This document shows, in pieces, positions 61,711-64,000 of a stretch of DNA of 64,000 nucleotides. Below the pieces are notes generated by a model. That model had not been told where the DNA came from. It made no database searches and saw nothing but the letters and a program-made list of their open reading frames with translations. This DNA is from a virus, in IMG/VR virus record IMGVR_UViG_3300047160_020099, positions 97,937 to 161,936 of that record. One strand, 5' to 3'. Position 1 is the first letter of the stretch, and each line of letters begins with the position of its first letter. Position numbers and translations under genes: made by a program.

Positions 61711-63333
61711 ATGCTTCTTGAACCCATCCACGGAGTAGTCGTCTCTGACGGCTACTCCGATTACCTCGACGTAACTCTGTCCCATAACAGGCCTATTCTC
61801 AATCACTGTGTCGTCGTCACTTCACCCTCCGACACAGCCACCCAGCAGGTCGCGTGCAAGCACGACTGCGAGCTGGTCATTACCGCGGAAGGACACGAAG
61901 CAGCTGCTGAGTCTTTCAACGTTGACCCCATCAACGGACCAGCACAGCCGAAGTTCTTCAACAAAGGCTTGATGATTGAGAAGGGCCTGATCCAGCTTCC
62001 ACAGATTGGCTGGAGATGTATTGCCGGACAGCACGACGTCAAAGCTGCGCATATCAAGGCAGCCTCTCGACGCTTTTATCGTGGGTCACTTATTGAGCTG
62101 ACTACTCGCAGTGGCCGCTCTGTGACCGTAACACCTGATCACAAGCTCCTTACGCAACGGGGCTGGATTAGTAGCAAAGCGATCAACAAGAGCGATCACC
62201 TGTTCCACATCGACGTCACTGATACCGTCAGGACACCACAAGTAGATCAGCATCCATCCGTGTTTGGTAAGATAATCGACTCGCTCTTGATTTGCCGACC
62301 CTTCACCAAGATGAGGGCCGCGCGGATGAGTGTGAACTTCGAGTCCAAGCTTACCGATGGCGATGTCGATGTTGTATGGGCCGACAGCTTGTTGAGACGT
62401 AGGCTTGAATTGAGTCAATGCAGTAAGCAGGCTCTCTTCGAATTGTCCGACAAGTCGCTTGCTGCGCTCGTGGGCAACGGCAATCTTCATTTTGTGTTGA
62501 AGAGATTTCCTTTTGCCCAGTTGAGCCTCAATGCAGGCTTTTGTCCGTCGAGCTATGTACTCAGGGCTTTCTCTGGAGGCACGCACGACGCCAGCGCTAC
62601 TCTTGTCCCTGATCGCTATACCACCCAGCCTCAGTTGTCTGGCAATGGTTCGGTCGTCAACACCGAAGATAGCAGCCAGCGCTTTCTTGCTCTCTCCAGC
62701 GAGATAACGCCGGATGATATCGTTTCGATTCAAGTCATCCCGTGGTGCAACCATGTGTATGATCTCGCAACAGCTAGTGGATGGTATACGGCCAACGGCT
62801 TGATTATACATAACTGCCAGTTCGACGCCGATATCGTCTTCCCAGGCAACATGCGTCAGCGTCTTGGGCCGGCTCTCCACGACAAGTCCTGCCTGTACAG
62901 TACCGACCGCATGAACGTGGTCGGCTGGGCTGCCTGGCAGCGGCTCATTCAGTCTGGCTGGACTGCTCGCGGCTTTGAGTACCAGCACTACCTTACCTAC
63001 TCCATCGACAACGCTGCCATTGGTTCCCGCCTCATTTACGGCGACCACGGCTGGGTGCCTATTGGCTTTCTGCAGATTTGGCATAGCAGCACCGAGTTCA
63101 ACGGTACGAGCCGAATAAGGAGCTACCCGACTGGCTCCAACAACGCTGCTCACGACGACGTGCAGTTCGGCTTGCGTTGGGACCGTGCCAAGAGGGTTTT
63201 GATCCCTGAAATCCTGGTGGCCCACCTGCTGACAGACGACGCGAAGTACGGGGTAAACTGGAACGGGCGGAAGACCAAGAAGTTTGGGCCGGAGGCCGTG
63301 GAGGCAAAGCCCAAGAAAGAGGCTGGCAAGTAG
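61711..63333 (+). CDS. GT-A-fold glycosyltransferase-like protein interrupted by an intein
   Basis: YSDYL..TL..N, VVVT..D..T, FNKG, W.|CQFDADI (DxD), GFLQIW and DxxF motifs. Confidence 0.75.
   Translation: MLLEPIHGVVVSDGYSDYLDVTLSHNRPILNHCVVVTSPSDTATQQVACKHDCELVITAEGHEAAAESFNVDPINGPAQPKFFNKGLMIEKGLIQLPQIGWRCIAGQHDVKAAHIKAASRRFYRGSLIELTTRSGRSVTVTPDHKLLTQRGWISSKAINKSDHLFHIDVTDTVRTPQVDQHPSVFGKIIDSLLICRPFTKMRAARMSVNFESKLTDGDVDVVWADSLLRRRLELSQCSKQALFELSDKSLAALVGNGNLHFVLKRFPFAQLSLNAGFCPSSYVLRAFSGGTHDASATLVPDRYTTQPQLSGNGSVVNTEDSSQRFLALSSEITPDDIVSIQVIPWCNHVYDLATASGWYTANGLIIHNCQFDADIVFPGNMRQRLGPALHDKSCLYSTDRMNVVGWAAWQRLIQSGWTARGFEYQHYLTYSIDNAAIGSRLIYGDHGWVPIGFLQIWHSSTEFNGTSRIRSYPTGSNNAAHDDVQFGLRWDRAKRVLIPEILVAHLLTDDAKYGVNWNGRKTKKFGPEAVEAKPKKEAGK
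62017..62814 (+). mobile_element. intein (266 aa) in the glycosyltransferase
   Basis: CIAG start; TVTPDHKLLTQRGW block B; VYDLAT..Y.ANGLIIHN|C end. Confidence 0.88.
62086..62754 (-). CDS. HTH plus Vsr/DUF559-like endonuclease encoded antisense inside the intein
   Basis: IIRRYLAGES..LA..FGVD..TI..L helix-turn-helix; E..L..AL, QQAVGPYNIDIA...LGLEV and RVDYL..HGW.LIYLW. Confidence 0.75.
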   Translation of the reverse strand: MVAPRDDLNRNDIIRRYLAGESKKALAAIFGVDDRTIARQLRLGGIAIRDKSSAGVVRASRESPEYIARRTKACIEAQLGKRKSLQHKMKIAVAHERSKRLVGQFEESLLTALTQFKPTSQQAVGPYNIDIAIGKLGLEVHTHPRGPHLGEGSANQERVDYLTKHGWMLIYLWCPDGISDVDVEQVIALVDRFATNPAPLRKELVIRCYGHRAATASSQLNK

Positions 63334-63346
63334 GAGGGCTGTCGCG

Positions 63347-63568
63347 ATGAGCGTGGTGCCTATGTGGCCGTATAAGCAACTGCCAGGGGCAGGGAGGCCA
63401 AAGTTCTATTTTACGCCGTGTCTGTATTGTGACTGGCCGTGCAAGGGGCACTATGAGTTGCCGGGGCCAGTGGTGACGGGGTGGCAGTGCCCGGCGTGCA
63501 AGAGGTGTCATGCGCCAGGCGTGGTGACTTGCCCGTATTGTCCTCAAGTTGAGTATGTGAATACTTGA
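63347..63568 (+). CDS. small Cys-rich zinc protein
   Basis: GWQCPAC..C.AP....CPYC; AGGAGG RBS. Confidence 0.55.
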   Translation: MSVVPMWPYKQLPGAGRPKFYFTPCLYCDWPCKGHYELPGPVVTGWQCPACKRCHAPGVVTCPYCPQVEYVNT

Positions 63569-63634
63569 GGGTAGGATGAGAAGGCCCCGATTGTGGCAGG
63601 CAATCGGGGCCGGAACACGACTATGGAGGTAGTC

Positions 63635-64000
63635 ATGTCTGAAGAAAAGCGTACGAAGTGGTGCCCGAACTGTCAACAAGAAAAGGCAATAGAGGAGTTT
63701 TATACTGATCGGGCTAAGCCAGACGGCAAGCAGACACAGTGCAAAGTATGTGTACGGCTTAAACGGGTTGCTTATGTAACGGCCAATCCAGACAAGATCA
63801 AGGAGACTGCTCGGAAGTGCCGGCTCAAGCATCTTGAGAAACGTCGAGCATTAAATCGTGCGTGGAGTAAGGCGAATAAAGATAAAACTAGAGAGGCCGC
63901 TCGCAGGTTGCGGGCTAGAGATCCAGAAGGCCACAAGCGCCGGATGCACGAGTGGTATGTAGCCCATAAAGAAAGAGCGCGTAACAATACCCGACGCTGG
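63635..64000 (+). CDS. HNH/endonuclease VII-like protein, N-terminal part (runs off the window)
   Basis: KWCPNCQQEK..EEFY......DG....CKVC zinc ribbon; GGAGGT RBS. Confidence 0.6.
   Translation, partial: MSEEKRTKWCPNCQQEKAIEEFYTDRAKPDGKQTQCKVCVRLKRVAYVTANPDKIKETARKCRLKHLEKRRALNRAWSKANKDKTREAARRLRARDPEGHKRRMHEWYVAHKERARNNTRRW

Noticed and set aside
1-64000. Alternative genetic code (stop-codon reassignment)
   Set aside because: Conserved genes are intact under the standard code, TAA, TGA and TAG all end genes, and no suppressor tRNA was seen.

Overview
This 64-kb window looks like part of a large dsDNA bacteriophage genome: high GC, densely packed, with almost all genes on the + strand. No capsid, terminase or integrase gene was recognised in it. 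It holds (i) an early/accessory region of small hypothetical genes and a candidate replication origin (three 27-bp direct repeats beside a degenerate rolling-circle Rep-like ORF); (ii) a replication/recombination module: Mre11/Rad50 (SbcCD-like), SF2 helicase, DnaB-like helicase, primase, family A DNA polymerase with an N-terminal UDG-like domain and an intein, RecA-like recombinase, DnaQ-like exonuclease and RuvC-like resolvase; (iii) nucleotide metabolism and modification genes: dcd, 5'(3')-nucleotidase, dNMP kinase, thyX with two inteins, Dam-like methylase and an intein-split GT-A glycosyltransferase. The most striking element is a ~2.2-kb RNA-rich array (53350-55502) upstream of a Ro60/TROVE gene. 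It contains nine copies of a Y-RNA-like scaffold carrying different cargo domains (including tRNAs circularly permuted at three different points), interleaved with one canonical and several aberrant tRNA genes. Two other standouts are a 14-bp palindrome, AGTATTNNAATACT, dispersed across the whole window (8 exact and 7 one-mismatch copies), and an intein whose central region encodes a Vsr/DUF559-like endonuclease on the opposite strand. All assignments come from reading motifs and base-pairing by eye; no database searches or folding programs were run.
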